Part shown: piece by piece, positions 1-10,731 of the stretch
How positions within the stretch are numbered: position 1 is the first letter of the stretch
Layout of the letters: each line of letters opens with the position of its first letter
IMG/VR virus record: IMGVR_UViG_3300023184_000091
Length of the DNA stretch: 64,000 nt
Source of the DNA: an uncultured virus (IMG/VR IMGVR_UViG_3300023184_000091)
Taxonomy: Duplodnaviria > Heunggongvirae > Uroviricota > Caudoviricetes
Reading direction: 5' to 3' (one strand)
The notes under the pieces: model-generated
The model's input: only the letters and a program-made list of their open reading frames with translations
Database searches by the model: none
What the model was told of the DNA's origin: nothing
Program-made: the position numbers and the translations under genes

Positions 1-13
1 TCAGGATAAAAAA

Positions 14-232
14 TTAAAACCGATTTTTTTCTTTTAGACCTTGCTCAGGTTTCTTGTCGGGCAGGATCGTTGCCAACATAAGTATTGCGGCTAACATAAA
101 GCTTCCGAAGCAGAATGCCATCTCGTTGAGAACGCCGGCAAAATGAATGTAGGTTTGGACGTCACCAGTTGCGGTGAATATCCCGATTAGCATGCAGATT
201 GCGAATCCGATAAAGTTTAATAGATTTTTCAT
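14..232 (-). CDS. small membrane protein, hypothetical
   Basis: 72 aa ORF with two hydrophobic stretches, downstream of an early promoter at ~259-295. Confidence 0.7.
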   Translation of the reverse strand: MKNLLNFIGFAICMLIGIFTATGDVQTYIHFAGVLNEMAFCFGSFMLAAILMLATILPDKKPEQGLKEKNRF

Positions 233-295
233 GATGTGGTTTGTTTAATTGGTTAACCCAAATATAAGATAATGGATTGGGATAAAAAAATAAAT

Positions 296-484
296 TTAGA
301 GAATTATTATTCCTAAGTCCATTAGGTCTGCTCTGAGTATGATATCATTATTAAATTTTTCTAATCCTGTTTGTGTGAATATCACTGTTGGTCCCTGAAG
401 AGACATAACGTAATCTGTATTAGCAAATCCTGATTCTGCTAAGAATTTTTCTGCTTTTTCGATGATGAGTCTTTTTGATGACAT
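296..484 (-). CDS. hypothetical protein
   Basis: 62 aa ORF with its own early promoter. Confidence 0.7.
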   Translation of the reverse strand: MSSKRLIIEKAEKFLAESGFANTDYVMSLQGPTVIFTQTGLEKFNNDIILRADLMDLGIIIL

Positions 485-561
485 GGTGTATGAGGTTTAA
501 TTGGTTGTCATAAAGATAAGAATAATTCCCCAGATAAAAAAATAAATCTGGGGAATATTTT

Positions 562-723
562 TTAGGCTTCAGGTCCAATCAAATCCCAGGCAGTTTCTCC
601 GGTGGATTTGTTATTAAAAAGAATTGTGTAATTCGGGTCCATGCCGGAATTAAGAATATCATCAAGTAGTTCATTAAGTGATGAAAATGATTTTGTGTAG
701 TAAGAGCAGTCTAGTGTGTACAT
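562..723 (-). CDS. small hypothetical protein (MYTLDCSYYTKSFSSLNELL..., 53 aa)
   Basis: Read manually, below the ORF-track cutoff; lies between two early promoters. Confidence 0.65.
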   Translation of the reverse strand: MYTLDCSYYTKSFSSLNELLDDILNSGMDPNYTILFNNKSTGETAWDLIGPEA

Positions 724-1249
724 ATGAGTTTGAGTTAATTGGTTAACTCAAATATAAGTATTTAGTCTGAGATAAAAAAATAAAACCCAAACATTTTTGA
801 ATGCGGGTAATAGAGGTTAAGAATCTAAAACCTGTTGACTGTCTCTGTACCGCGGTCAACGTTCCTTGGACTCTTTCCAGATGCATCCGAATTCATCCAG
901 AGTGTACCAGGATATGGTCTGGATATAACCTGGATTAATCAGGCTTGGAACGTTGGCAACGGTATAAGCATAGAGAGAATCGCAAAAGCTCCGGGGATTT
1001 CCTGGGGTTTACCGCGAGTTGCTCTGTCGGATACAATGCTCCGGAACGTTGGCAACGTTTTGTGCATAGAGAGAATCGCAAACTTCATAGAGATTTTTCC
1101 AGAGAGTCGCCGGATTTTTCCCCGCATCTCCAGAGCGGGAACGTTGACCACGGTTTGTCTATAGAGCAGATCCGAAAAATCCCCGGTGGTTTCCACTAGG
1201 TTTTGCATAGGATTTAGCCAATCGGAATGATGCCAACGTTCCGGACCTT

Positions 1250-1352
1250 TTTTATCATGGTGTTATCTGATGCTTATCATGTGGTTATCATGAGGGTTTC
1301 AGATGTATCCAAGATGTTTTCAGATGTCGTCAAGATGTTTTCAGATGTTATC
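1250..1352. repeat. phased short tandem repeats (TTATC x4, AGATG x5, 10-11 bp period)
   Basis: TTATC at 1252/1263/1274/1285; AGATG at 1301/1312/1322/1333/1343. Confidence 0.85.
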
Positions 1353-1417
1353 AGTCGCGGGAACGCTGACAACGGTATAAGCAATAGACAGCAATAATAG
1401 TTTATTGCTTGTTCTTT

Positions 1418-1711
1418 CTAATAATTGGGGTGAGTATTCGGTCTGATATTTCGAATACTACTATCACCACTCCCAACACAGCAGCTCCTGCTATGCTTAT
1501 AAAGCCCACTGCTAACACCAATGGTAGTCTTATTAATCTTTTCATATCTTCTTTTTCTTTTTCTTATACGAAGCTTACATGGCTTCTTATCCTTTACAAT
1601 TTCTGTGGCCGGCTTTCCTGAGTTGAGATGTGTGAAATACTTAGCAGGTTCTATAACTTCCTTCTCACATGAGATAAGAAAGAAAGGTATAATCAGAAGT
1701 GATTTATTCAT
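1418..1711 (-). CDS. putative small lipoprotein
   Basis: MNKSLLIIPFFLISC lipobox-like N-terminus. Confidence 0.5.
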   Translation of the reverse strand: MNKSLLIIPFFLISCEKEVIEPAKYFTHLNSGKPATEIVKDKKPCKLRIRKRKRRYEKINKTTIGVSSGLYKHSRSCCVGSGDSSIRNIRPNTHPNY

Positions 1712-1882
1712 GTATGTATTTATCAGATTTTATAAAAATGCCAAAAACCCCTTCGCGCGGGAGTATCTTAGCACCATACTATGTATAGGGAGTTACGCAT
1801 TTTCCACGCATCTTCGGGACGGGAACGTTGACAACGGTTTTACCCTGAGCTTCATGTATTTTAAATACTAAACATTTTCCCA

Positions 1883-1907
1883 CAAAAAAGGACCCGAAGG
1901 TCCTTTA
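1883..1907 (-). terminator. intrinsic terminator with cUUCGg loop
   Basis: aaaaaaggacccgaaggtccttt on +, giving a hairpin plus U-tract on -; same element at ~9420-9443. Confidence 0.75.
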
Positions 1908-2327
1908 GCAATTTTTCAAACGGTAAAATTAGATTAGCAACTTATTGCTCCACCCTGATGGTCACGTAACCATTTAATCATTTCTGGAGATAATACTGCG
2001 GAAGGATTCTCTTCTGTCTTTTTCATATTTATATGAATTAGTTGGTTTAATGTAAAGATAAGGAATTGGGTTTGGATAAAAAAATAAAATGTGAAAATAG
2101 TTTGATTCTTAACGTTTGGTGTTTAAGATGTTAATGCAGATGAAACAGATGTAGCAGCCAGGGAACGTTGACAGCGGTTCAACCCAGCTCTAAGCTGGAA
2201 ACCCTCTTCTTCTTTTTTCTCCAGATAGCCTTCTTTTTCCCAGAGTGTTTCCCACCTGATCTAGGCGCGGGAACGTTGACAACGGTTTTACCCTGAGATG
2301 CGGATTACTTTGGTAATTTTTACCCCA

Positions 2328-2355
2328 CAAAAAAAGCAGACCGAAGTCTGCTTTC
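2328..2355 (-). terminator. intrinsic terminator of the gcagac-cgaa-gtctgc family
   Basis: Hairpin plus U-tract after the DUF6011 gene; relatives at ~5340, 6832, 7378, 7916, 11449 (-) and 26113, 26878, 28435 (+). Confidence 0.75.
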
Positions 2356-2378
2356 TTATTGACTATGAGATCAACAAC

Positions 2379-2882
2379 CTATCCTTGTTTGAAGAATAGG
2401 TCGTCGACTTTGATTTGTGTTTGGGCAAGAATTGTTTGTAGACAATCAGGACCGAAGCCTGTGTTAATACTCTCAGGGTGAGTGAGAGGTAATGAGCATC
2501 GGCAACAACGTCCTTCGTGCAATAAAGAAACCTTCTTATCCCTTAGGATCTGTGGATTCTCTAAAGCATTCATAAGGAATTTCATAACCTGACCAAGTTG
2601 GCCTTCGCTTGGAACGTTGCGATGTAATTTGCAAATCATACTGTCTTTGAAAATTGTTCCGGCGAAAACATAGCCAGTTTGGCGATCGCCCAATAGGCTA
2701 ACGAACACGTAGAAAATCGGAAGCTTAATCTTACGGTCGTTCTTGTCCGTAAGTTGCTTAACCTTTACGGTCATGTGAGTTTCCTTCTCTGTGTTGCGGA
2801 ACGTGAGTACTGCACGACCTGCAAAGAAAAGAGTTGGAAGTGCGAGTGGGTTAACATTTGAACGGATAATTGGCTTTCTCAT
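2379..2882 (-). CDS. DUF6011-like Zn-binding phage protein
   Basis: C-terminal GRCCRCSLPLTHPESINTGFGPDC. Confidence 0.75.
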   Translation of the reverse strand: MRKPIIRSNVNPLALPTLFFAGRAVLTFRNTEKETHMTVKVKQLTDKNDRKIKLPIFYVFVSLLGDRQTGYVFAGTIFKDSMICKLHRNVPSEGQLGQVMKFLMNALENPQILRDKKVSLLHEGRCCRCSLPLTHPESINTGFGPDCLQTILAQTQIKVDDLFFKQG

Positions 2883-3061
2883 GGTGTATATGTTTTAATT
2901 GGTTAATGCAAATGTAAGTCCTTAACCCGGGATAAAAAAATAAAGCCCCAATCTTTCCTGAAAAAATTGGGGTTTATTTTAACCAACTTAACCAATAAAA
3001 CTTCCATGTAATGCCTGGATTAAATCCAGTGTGTTCAGCCGCGGGAACGCTGGACGTGTTC

Positions 3062-3400
3062 CTACGCTCTCTTCTTCTTTTTCGGTTTGTATTTTCTAGC
3101 ATCCTCGTTGTTCAGATCCCAGTAGAAGATTTCCCAATACCCTGAAAGGCTATAACCCATATCCCGATAAAGCTTTCTCACCTCTTCACTATTCTTTGTT
3201 AGCCCCATCCTCATGAACAACATCCAAAGGTGATTTAGATTAATGTCATTTTCAAATAGATTCCTAACCACCTTATCCTCTTTCCATCTCAGCGTACCAT
3301 GCTTATCCTCTATCACCTCATGCTCGTGGTGGGATTCAGTTTTAAAGATTTGTTTATAATCTTTAATGTCGTAAAGAGATTTTCTATCTATGGTTTTCAT
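3062..3400 (-). CDS. hypothetical protein
   Basis: 112 aa ORF. Confidence 0.7.
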   Translation of the reverse strand: MKTIDRKSLYDIKDYKQIFKTESHHEHEVIEDKHGTLRWKEDKVVRNLFENDINLNHLWMLFMRMGLTKNSEEVRKLYRDMGYSLSGYWEIFYWDLNNEDARKYKPKKKKRA

Positions 3401-3458
3401 GTTCTTTTATTTTATGTGCGGGCTCGTGCGTGCGGAGTATGTTAGCACCATACTATGT

Positions 3459-3728
3459 TTAGAGTAGTCCTAGTTGGCGTATGCTTCTTTCACCAAGCTC
3501 TCTGTTTATCTCTTCAATTGTTTGATGACTCCTTGGATCATCCTCGTCTGAATACCAAACTTCGAATGTGGTTTCGCCATTTCCGTATAGACTGCTCCCA
3601 ACACCACCACCTACAACGGAAGCGCTGGTTAAATTTGGTAATTCCAGAAATGCAGATTTACCGCCAGGAACTACCTGGTGTGGTTTAAACACCAGGTCTT
3701 CGAAGGAATAGATTTTTAGTTTTTGCAT
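3459..3728 (-). CDS. hypothetical protein
   Basis: 89 aa ORF (SLYGNGETTFEV). Confidence 0.7.
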   Translation of the reverse strand: MQKLKIYSFEDLVFKPHQVVPGGKSAFLELPNLTSASVVGGGVGSSLYGNGETTFEVWYSDEDDPRSHQTIEEINRELGERSIRQLGLL

Positions 3729-3959
3729 AGTACCAATCTTACGTTTTCGTTCTCGACAACATCAAAGGCTTTTCTTTCCGCCTCGATTTGAGTGTTAATC
3801 TTTTTAAGAGTTTCAATCATGTTTCGGAATGCTGCTTGCATTTCCAAAAATTCTTTTCTGTTTTCTTCGTTTGATTTCTTTGACATGGCGTTGGTTTGTT
3901 TTAATTGGTTAACTCAAAGATAAGAAATTAGTTCCTGATAAAAAAATAAAACGAGGAAA

Positions 3960-4184
3960 TTAATCCTCGTCTTCCTCGTCCAATGGAGCAAACATTTTTC
4001 TGCCCATGTTAATAAAGTTATCGTACTCTCTTTCTCCCATTGAAGTTTTTAACTCGTCAACAGCTTCGTGGTGTTCTTTAGCTTTTAATCTGGCTTCGTT
4101 CCAGTTGCCAGATTCAGTTAGTTCTTTAACTTCCCAGTTGGTATCTAATACTCTTCTGAAGATTGCTGATTGTTCGTCGGTCAT
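3960..4184 (-). CDS. hypothetical protein, weakly similar to 22405-22617
   Basis: Both start MT(D/E)xQ..(I/L)F and end with SMG..EY/AY....GRK. Confidence 0.7.
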   Translation of the reverse strand: MTDEQSAIFRRVLDTNWEVKELTESGNWNEARLKAKEHHEAVDELKTSMGEREYDNFINMGRKMFAPLDEEDED

Positions 4185-4248
4185 GATTTGGTTTGTTTTA
4201 ATTGGTTAACTCAAAGATAAGAAATTGGATCGGGATAAAAAAATAAAA

Positions 4249-4545
4249 CTACAAATCATTTAGAATTTCAAATGAACTAATTTTTCTTGACCCAACACCA
4301 GTTGCTAGTATAGAAACTATTTCTTTGTGTAAGTCCTCCACCTTTTTGAAATTCCTTGCACCCATCGGAAGGGAACGTTGGAGTTGCATATTTGATATAC
4401 TGAACCCTGTCCCACTGTCCTGCCATCCGCCGTAGTAGCTGTAGGAGAATGTGTTGTCGTCCCGCAATAGGACAGATAGAGTTTTTGAGTTTCCTTGTGG
4501 TCCGTAAGTCGGATCGAATAGGCGATAAATGATAAGTCTTTTCAT
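4249..4545 (-). CDS. hypothetical protein
   Basis: 98 aa ORF with its own early promoter. Confidence 0.7.
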   Translation of the reverse strand: MKRLIIYRLFDPTYGPQGNSKTLSVLLRDDNTFSYSYYGGWQDSGTGFSISNMQLQRSLPMGARNFKKVEDLHKEIVSILATGVGSRKISSFEILNDL

Positions 4546-4613
4546 GGTTGGTTTGTTTTAATTGGTTAATGCAAATATAAGATTCCCCACCGGGATAAAA
4601 AATAAAACTGTGA

Positions 4614-4913
4614 TTATTCCTCTAAATAATCACAGTCTTTACATAGGCCTGATTCCTCGGCATCACATTGGCATCCACAAGCATCACATACATCATCCCC
4701 AGGAAAGTTGGTATTGTTTGGAGAATACATCCACATATCATATTCGTCTGAATAATATACACCATACTCTTTTTGATACGCCTTACCATTCTCTGAAGTC
4801 CATTCCGGGAATGTTATAGCATCATCAGAATGTTTTACCGTTGACATATAGTCTGCTAACTCTTTTCTTGCTAATGCAATGAATTGTTTAATTGTTAATT
4901 CACATTTGGTCAT
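4614..4913 (-). CDS. hypothetical protein with a C-terminal Cys cluster (Zn-binding?)
   Basis: CDACGCQC...CKDC. Confidence 0.65.
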   Translation of the reverse strand: MTKCELTIKQFIALARKELADYMSTVKHSDDAITFPEWTSENGKAYQKEYGVYYSDEYDMWMYSPNNTNFPGDDVCDACGCQCDAEESGLCKDCDYLEE

Positions 4914-4992
4914 AATTACTATTTAGTTGGTTAATGCAAATATAAGATTCCAGGTTGGGATAAAAAAATAAAACAGAATAATTTAACTTACC

Positions 4993-5181
4993 CTACCCTT
5001 GTCGTTTGATTATTAGTTTTACCTCAGCAACTAATTCTTTTGATTCTGTCTTAACAGTTAACGGATTCGCTCCGGGACGATGTGTCTTAAAGAATTTAAC
5101 AATTGCGGGTACGTTTAGCATACCGCCATTAATTAATTCTACGATTTCTGCTCTAATTTCTGTGGTTGTCATTGCGTTCAT
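4993..5181 (-). CDS. hypothetical protein
   Basis: Start moved to the ATG downstream of the promoter at ~5200. Confidence 0.6.
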   Translation of the reverse strand: MNAMTTTEIRAEIVELINGGMLNVPAIVKFFKTHRPGANPLTVKTESKELVAEVKLIIKRQG

Positions 5182-5409
5182 ATTTGTCTTATTGATACTC
5201 AAATATAAGATAATAAATCGGGGTAAAAAAATAAATATGAACTATTACCGTGAGGTGTTTTCGGATGTAGAGACAGTTCGAAACGTTGTCAACGTTCCCG
5301 GGCTGCTTCCTTGTTTGCCTTGCATGAAACCTCGGAGCACAAAAAAGGCAGACCGAAGTCTACCTTTTGTGGGTAACCAACCCTTATCAAACACACATGA
5401 TAATGTTTT

Positions 5410-5607
5410 CTAGTCTTCTATTTCGAATCGGTCTTCTCCTGGAATGACGGAAAGGTTACGTCCGTTATCCCATTTAACTTGGATCTGACCTGCACCGTCC
5501 AGTTTAATAACTGTACCCATAGCGCCTGGTTCGATTGGTTCAGGATCTTCCATGAAGATCATTTTAATTCTTTTTCCTTCAATGTTTTTTGCTGTTAAGT
5601 GTTGCAT
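5410..5607 (-). CDS. DUF4314-like SH3-fold protein
   Basis: GKRIKMIFMEDP..GAMGTV..DGAGQIQVKWDNGRNLSVIPGED. Confidence 0.8.
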   Translation of the reverse strand: MQHLTAKNIEGKRIKMIFMEDPEPIEPGAMGTVIKLDGAGQIQVKWDNGRNLSVIPGEDRFEIED

Positions 5608-5821
5608 GGTCTTTTTCTTTTATTGGTTAATACAAAGATAAGCTTTATAGACGGGATAAAAAAATAAATTCAGGTTATTCCTCAGCATATAATAATAGCT
5701 GCAATTGTATCCGCAGCGCGGGAACGTTGACAACGGTTTTAGTGCATGCATCTATCAGAAAACCTTACAGCACAAAAAAGAGGATCCGAAGATCCTCTTA
5801 ACCAATTAACCAACTTAACCA

Positions 5822-6271
5822 CTAATCCTCATCATCGTAATCTTCTTCTTCCTCTTCTTCCTCTTCTTCCTCTTCTTCCCACTCATCCTCTTCCTCATCC
5901 TCATCTGGACCATAGAAGAAACCTTGAGCTTCGCAGGACTCCGGGTTTGGTAAATCTGCGTACTGAGCTACCACATCGTCCTCCAAGATCTCTACAAACT
6001 TAGGGTAGATCACTCCGGGAGTGTTGTCCCCGTTTGGATTGTCCTTGAATGTGAGGTCGATACCTAAGCTTCGGTCGGAAGCAAGTCCGTTTAACTCTGC
6101 TAAGAGTTCGTGAAAATCTTTACCTCCGAATTCACCGTAACCTTCATAATCAGGTTCAGTAAATACTCGTCCATCAGGAGTAATCATGTGGACAGTAAAT
6201 GTTGGTCGAGTTGAACAATTGTTTGCGATTGATTCTCCAGTATCGCATGTGTTCCAGCTAAAAAATCCCAT
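5822..6271 (-). CDS. hypothetical protein with a ~27-residue D/E tail
   Basis: MGFFSW...YEGYGEFGGKD...QGFFY, then a poly-acidic tail. Confidence 0.8.
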   Translation of the reverse strand: MGFFSWNTCDTGESIANNCSTRPTFTVHMITPDGRVFTEPDYEGYGEFGGKDFHELLAELNGLASDRSLGIDLTFKDNPNGDNTPGVIYPKFVEILEDDVVAQYADLPNPESCEAQGFFYGPDEDEEEDEWEEEEEEEEEEEEDYDDED

Positions 6272-6332
6272 AGTGTGTTTGTTTTATTTGGTTATGAAGT
6301 AAAAGTAAGATATCAGACCGAGATAAAAAAAT

Positions 6333-6650
6333 TTATTCAGGGGAAATATCTAGACCCATTGAATACATCATCGTGATGTAGAATCTCAGGGATTGTTGGT
6401 TAATAGAATCCGCTCTGTTAAATGCAGAGTGCAGATTATTGTCCAACACTGCTTGAACGAAAGATCCAGGATATGTGTTAAATCCTAATCTGTTCATCAT
6501 GATAGATGTTCCGATGGATATAACATGTTCTCTTGATTCGTTGCTCATGAGTATGTGCAGTGGAACGCCGGCCGATTCACCGTACTTTTCCAAGTAAGTT
6601 GTTACCTCTTTAGTTACTATTTCCTGTGCTTGATCTCTTGTTACTTTCAT
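6333..6650 (-). CDS. hypothetical protein
   Basis: PGSFVQAVLDNNLHSAFNRAD; 105 aa. Confidence 0.7.
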   Translation of the reverse strand: MKVTRDQAQEIVTKEVTTYLEKYGESAGVPLHILMSNESREHVISIGTSIMMNRLGFNTYPGSFVQAVLDNNLHSAFNRADSINQQSLRFYITMMYSMGLDISPE

Positions 6651-6876
6651 GTGTATGTCGTTTAGATTACAAAGATAAGGAACTGAACCGGGATAAAAAA
6701 ATAAAAACTGAAAAAATACTCCGCCGGAGAAAGTAATAAAAACAGATGCTTCTGCTGGAGAAAACAGTATGCAGCTGCGGGAACGTTGACAGCGTTCTTC
6801 GGATTCGCAGCTGTCGAAAACCTACGGCAACAAAAAAGGCAGACCTAAGTCTGCCTTCCAAAAGATTTTAAATCCT

Positions 6877-7185
6877 TTATTCATCTAATTCGTTTAGTGC
6901 TCCTGCAATTTCATTTACAGCCAGATCTGTAGCAAATGATGAATGCCCTCCAATGTGCCATTCTATTAGTTCATCCTCATCCAATACCCTGCCCTCCTTC
7001 CAATCATAAACCGTAAATACTTCACCCTCCTCATTCTCCATGACCCATTCGAAGTTTACCTTGTCCTCGCCATCATTCGTTTCCGAAAATGTGATTCCTA
7101 ATATTTTTCGAAGGTCAGATACTGATGCATTGAATACATCACCATGGAAGCTTGTTCCACTTGGTGTCTTTGATGTTTTTTTCAT
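6877..7185 (-). CDS. hypothetical phage protein
   Basis: DKVNFEW...FTVYDWK...EWHIGG. Confidence 0.75.
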   Translation of the reverse strand: MKKTSKTPSGTSFHGDVFNASVSDLRKILGITFSETNDGEDKVNFEWVMENEEGEVFTVYDWKEGRVLDEDELIEWHIGGHSSFATDLAVNEIAGALNELDE

Positions 7186-7431
7186 AATTGTTTAAGTTAG
7201 TTGGTTATGGTGCAAATATAAGATTCCGGATCGGGATAAAAAAATAAAATGTGAAATAATTTAATTCTTAACGTTTAAAGTTATGTGCAGGAAGTCTATG
7301 CATTTTTCCACGCATCTCCAGAGCGGGAACGTTGACAGCGTTCTTCGGATTCGCTGCGGTCGAAAACCTGCGGCAACAAAAAAGGCCAAACCGAAGTTTG
7401 ACCTTTTTAACCAATTAACCAACTTAACCAA

Positions 7432-7731
7432 TTAATATTTTGGTGGGGTGAAGAACACTATCGTGACTCCGCCTTCCCTGAAATCATCAGATTCCATTAC
7501 GCCATCCAACTTACCTTTATCTTCCCTATCGATGTTATACCATTTGGCAACATACCCAACCACGTCTGCATCTGCAAAGCCTATTGGCTCTGACCGACAC
7601 ATGGAACCTGTCGTATATCCTAACTCCTTTAATCTTTTCTCAGCATTATAGAATGCCTGAAATGTGCCCGCGGGCGGAAAGGTTTCCGTGTGAAGTATTT
7701 CCCTTCCTAAGTGTGTTTCTCCTTTTTTCAT
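7432..7731 (-). CDS. hypothetical phage protein
   Basis: GYTTGSMC..PIG...AKWYN. Confidence 0.7.
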   Translation of the reverse strand: MKKGETHLGREILHTETFPPAGTFQAFYNAEKRLKELGYTTGSMCRSEPIGFADADVVGYVAKWYNIDREDKGKLDGVMESDDFREGGVTIVFFTPPKY

Positions 7732-7963
7732 ATGTGTGGTTGTTTATAAAGCAAATATAAGATATAGGTTCGGGGTAAAAAAATAAATCTTAAAATACCT
7801 TCGCGGGCGTGAGTATGTTAGCACCATACTATGTATATGCATTGTCGGATCTGCCACAGAGCGGGAACGTTGACAGCGTTCTTCGGATTAGATGCAGGTG
7901 AAAACTTAGGGCAACAAAAAAGGCCAAACCGAAGTTTGACCTTTTTAACCAATTAACCAACTA

Positions 7964-8260
7964 CTAACTATATTCTAACATTGCTCTCACTTTTGCAAAG
8001 TACTTGTCAATGTCATTTGCGAACTTGAATGCTCTTGCCTTTGTTGGGGCATAGGCAAAGAACTCGCAGAACTCAGAATCAAACTCTATTCCTTTGCAGT
8101 TAATCTTTTCTTTGACGAAATCCTGAAAGTCATAAGCAGATTCAAACTCTTTAACAGTCATCGCTCTTTTAGCGTTGCCTGAGATTGTCCATTGACTATA
8201 GCCTTTAAGTCTATAGACTTCGAGACCTAATTCTAATTTTAATTCTGTTTCTGATGCCAT
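7964..8260 (-). CDS. hypothetical protein
   Basis: 98 aa ORF. Confidence 0.7.
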   Translation of the reverse strand: MASETELKLELGLEVYRLKGYSQWTISGNAKRAMTVKEFESAYDFQDFVKEKINCKGIEFDSEFCEFFAYAPTKARAFKFANDIDKYFAKVRAMLEYS

Positions 8261-8500
8261 GTGGATTGGGTTTAGTTGGTTATTAAAACATTTTAATTTT
8301 CAATCGTTGACGAACAGATTCGAAATCTGCACCAGTGACTTCATTCTTACAATCTGAGACTAAATCACATAGTTCATTAAAATCTTTAACCCCTGATTGT
8401 TTTGCTAACTTTAGTAACTCTTTGAATCCTTCTGTCATGATTATTTGGGTTTATTTGGTTAATGTAAAGATAAGATTATAGTTCGGGATAAAAAAATAAA

Positions 8501-8941
8501 TCACATCATTTTCATGAATCTATTTACTCTTTTAAATACAGAGAATTGTGCCTCGCTAACCCCAATATCCCTTAAATGTTTATCTATTATTTCCAAATCT
8601 TTCTGTGGCATTTTTTCAATAACTGCGACAGCTTGAAGGAACGTTGATCCTGTTCCCATCAGGGTGGCTATCGCTGTTGATGTCTTTACGGACAGAGCAC
8701 CGGGAATGTTGATTTTAATTTCACCGGTGTCATATTTATAAAAACCCCGCTCTTTGTTCTTTGCATGAACAACAGATAAATTAAATATACGGGCAACGTG
8801 ACCAATGTGCTTAGATGTTGTACGACTATATCTGCCGTGCTCGATTAACTTATCATCTTCGATATGTGCTACGATTGTATCATAGCTAATGATTTCATTT
8901 CCTCTGCGGAATAAGTTCTCTCTTAATTTTAATGTTTCCAT
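8501..8941 (-). CDS. hypothetical phage protein
   Basis: SYDTIVA...YSRTTSKH motif. Confidence 0.7.
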   Translation of the reverse strand: METLKLRENLFRRGNEIISYDTIVAHIEDDKLIEHGRYSRTTSKHIGHVARIFNLSVVHAKNKERGFYKYDTGEIKINIPGALSVKTSTAIATLMGTGSTFLQAVAVIEKMPQKDLEIIDKHLRDIGVSEAQFSVFKRVNRFMKMM

Positions 8942-9001
8942 GGTTGGTTGGTTTGGTTAATGTAAAGATAAGAATTCAGATTGGGATAAAAAAATAAAAC
9001 A

Positions 9002-9232
9002 CTAAAATAAATCTGTTGATTCAGATACACCAATTGGTCTATTAGTGTAATGTCCATCCATATCAATCACTTCACATCGTCCTGATATTCCGGATTCTTT
9101 ACGAAATGCAGTTAGTAATTTTTTACCTTCTGCAATAGTGTTTGCAATAACAGTTCCTTGCCAAGCCCATTGGTCTTTAGAGTTTACTATTCCTGCTGCA
9201 TACACTTTTTTAATTTTTACTTCTTGTGGCAT
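9002..9232 (-). CDS. hypothetical protein
   Basis: 76 aa ORF with promoter. Confidence 0.65.
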   Translation of the reverse strand: MPQEVKIKKVYAAGIVNSKDQWAWQGTVIANTIAEGKKLLTAFRKESGISGRCEVIDMDGHYTNRPIGVSESTDLF

Positions 9233-9466
9233 AATATAGTTGTTTTAGTTGGTTGAATGTAAAGATAATAAACTAGACTGGGTTAAAAAAATAAAATATG
9301 AAAATAATTTGGCTCTTAACGTTTACGGTATCTGCGGTAACCGTGCGGTAGAAAAGCTCGGGAACGTTGACAACGGTTTCGATCCAGCCTGCCTGATGCT
9401 TGGGGAAAGTTTGGAGCATAAAAAAGGACCCGAAGGTCCTTTAGTATTTTTAGATAAGGATGTGGT

Positions 9467-9970
9467 TTAATTTTCTAGTTTTTCGAATACTATATCCTTA
9501 CCGCCACCACTAATGATTTCATCAAATGCATCTTCATTAATGTTATTAGGGTATTCCTGATATTCATCATCGTCATCTTCATCAATTACTCTTCCATACT
9601 CCTCAACATAAATCTCAAAGCATTCCATGTGTACAGCATGTTGTAAATTGTCAAGGAACCTTGACAATAGAATTCCTGGGGCTAAATCTGAAGAACCTGT
9701 CACTGCTTTGATAACATTCTCTTTGTTGAATAGCTTTTCTAAGGTTTCTATTCCTTCTTGTTCCTCGTCTAGTTCGATTGTAAATTCACCTTGGTTTAGC
9801 TTTTCTAAAACAGATTTTTCATTCCCCTTTTTTGATCCCTGATCTAACATGTCTATTAGTATCTTGTGGTTGTGGATAGGCCAGTAACCCGGGGTTTCTG
9901 GATCATATCCTCCAGCGCATCCTGTTACTCTTATTGTACATCTGATTTTTTCTTTCTCTTGATTTTTCAT
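9467..9970 (-). CDS. acidic hypothetical protein
   Basis: 167 aa ORF with promoter and terminator. Confidence 0.7.
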   Translation of the reverse strand: MKNQEKEKIRCTIRVTGCAGGYDPETPGYWPIHNHKILIDMLDQGSKKGNEKSVLEKLNQGEFTIELDEEQEGIETLEKLFNKENVIKAVTGSSDLAPGILLSRFLDNLQHAVHMECFEIYVEEYGRVIDEDDDDEYQEYPNNINEDAFDEIISGGGKDIVFEKLEN

Positions 9971-10482
9971 AATATTTAGTTGGTTTGATGGAGCAGATAT
10001 AATCTATTAGATTTAGATAAAAAAATAAAACTAAAAATAATTTTATTTATTAAAGTTTGTTGGTTTCTCTACTAAGCCAATCTCTGAAATAAATTCCAGC
10101 TTCTAATTCTTCTCCTCTTAATGTCTCTAAAGATGTAATGTCTTTTTCTAATATATTTAATATGTTAGAATACACTGCCCAAAATTTAATTTTCTTTTCC
10201 ATGATTATAGTGATTAGTTGGTTAACTCCGCAGATATAAGATTCCAGATTCAGATAAAAAAATAAAATAAAAAATAATTATATTTATTTTTTAGATACTA
10301 AATCAGACCAAACAGATGTTGCAGCTGCGGGAACGTTGACAACGGTTTCGCTCCAGCCTGCCTGATGCTTGGGAAAAGTTTGGAGCATAAAAAAACTCTC
10401 CTTGGGGTAGGAGAGTTTAGTAATCCATTTCTTGGAGGCGGCACCTTTACACGGCCAGGATTCCCACTTGTGAAGATCTTTG

Positions 10483-10731
10483 TTAGTCAACCCAAACTTC
10501 TTTTGTTGTTGAAATGGAACGCCATGCGCTTTTTTCCAAATCAAAGAATGTTGTTACTGAACTGGGAGCCGAACCTCCTTTTGGGTGACCTGATACTGGG
10601 ATTCGAGATAAATCTCTTGTTCCCATTGCTATTCTAAGTTCTCCACCAACTTTGTGGAAGTAGAATTTAACTACGCCTTGACGTAATCTGTCTTTAAGTT
10701 GTTCGTGGGTGATTTTTTTAAGTGATGACAT
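10483..10731 (-). CDS. WYL_2/DUF2693-like SH3 beta-barrel protein
   Basis: GVVKFYFHKVGGELRIAMGT...FFDLEKSAWRS. Confidence 0.75.
   Translation of the reverse strand: MSSLKKITHEQLKDRLRQGVVKFYFHKVGGELRIAMGTRDLSRIPVSGHPKGGSAPSSVTTFFDLEKSAWRSISTTKEVWVD

Noticed and set aside
835..1208. Overlapping ORFs 835-1164, 939-1208 and 945-1199
   Set aside because: They translate the repeat motifs, lack promoter/leader context and are probably spurious.
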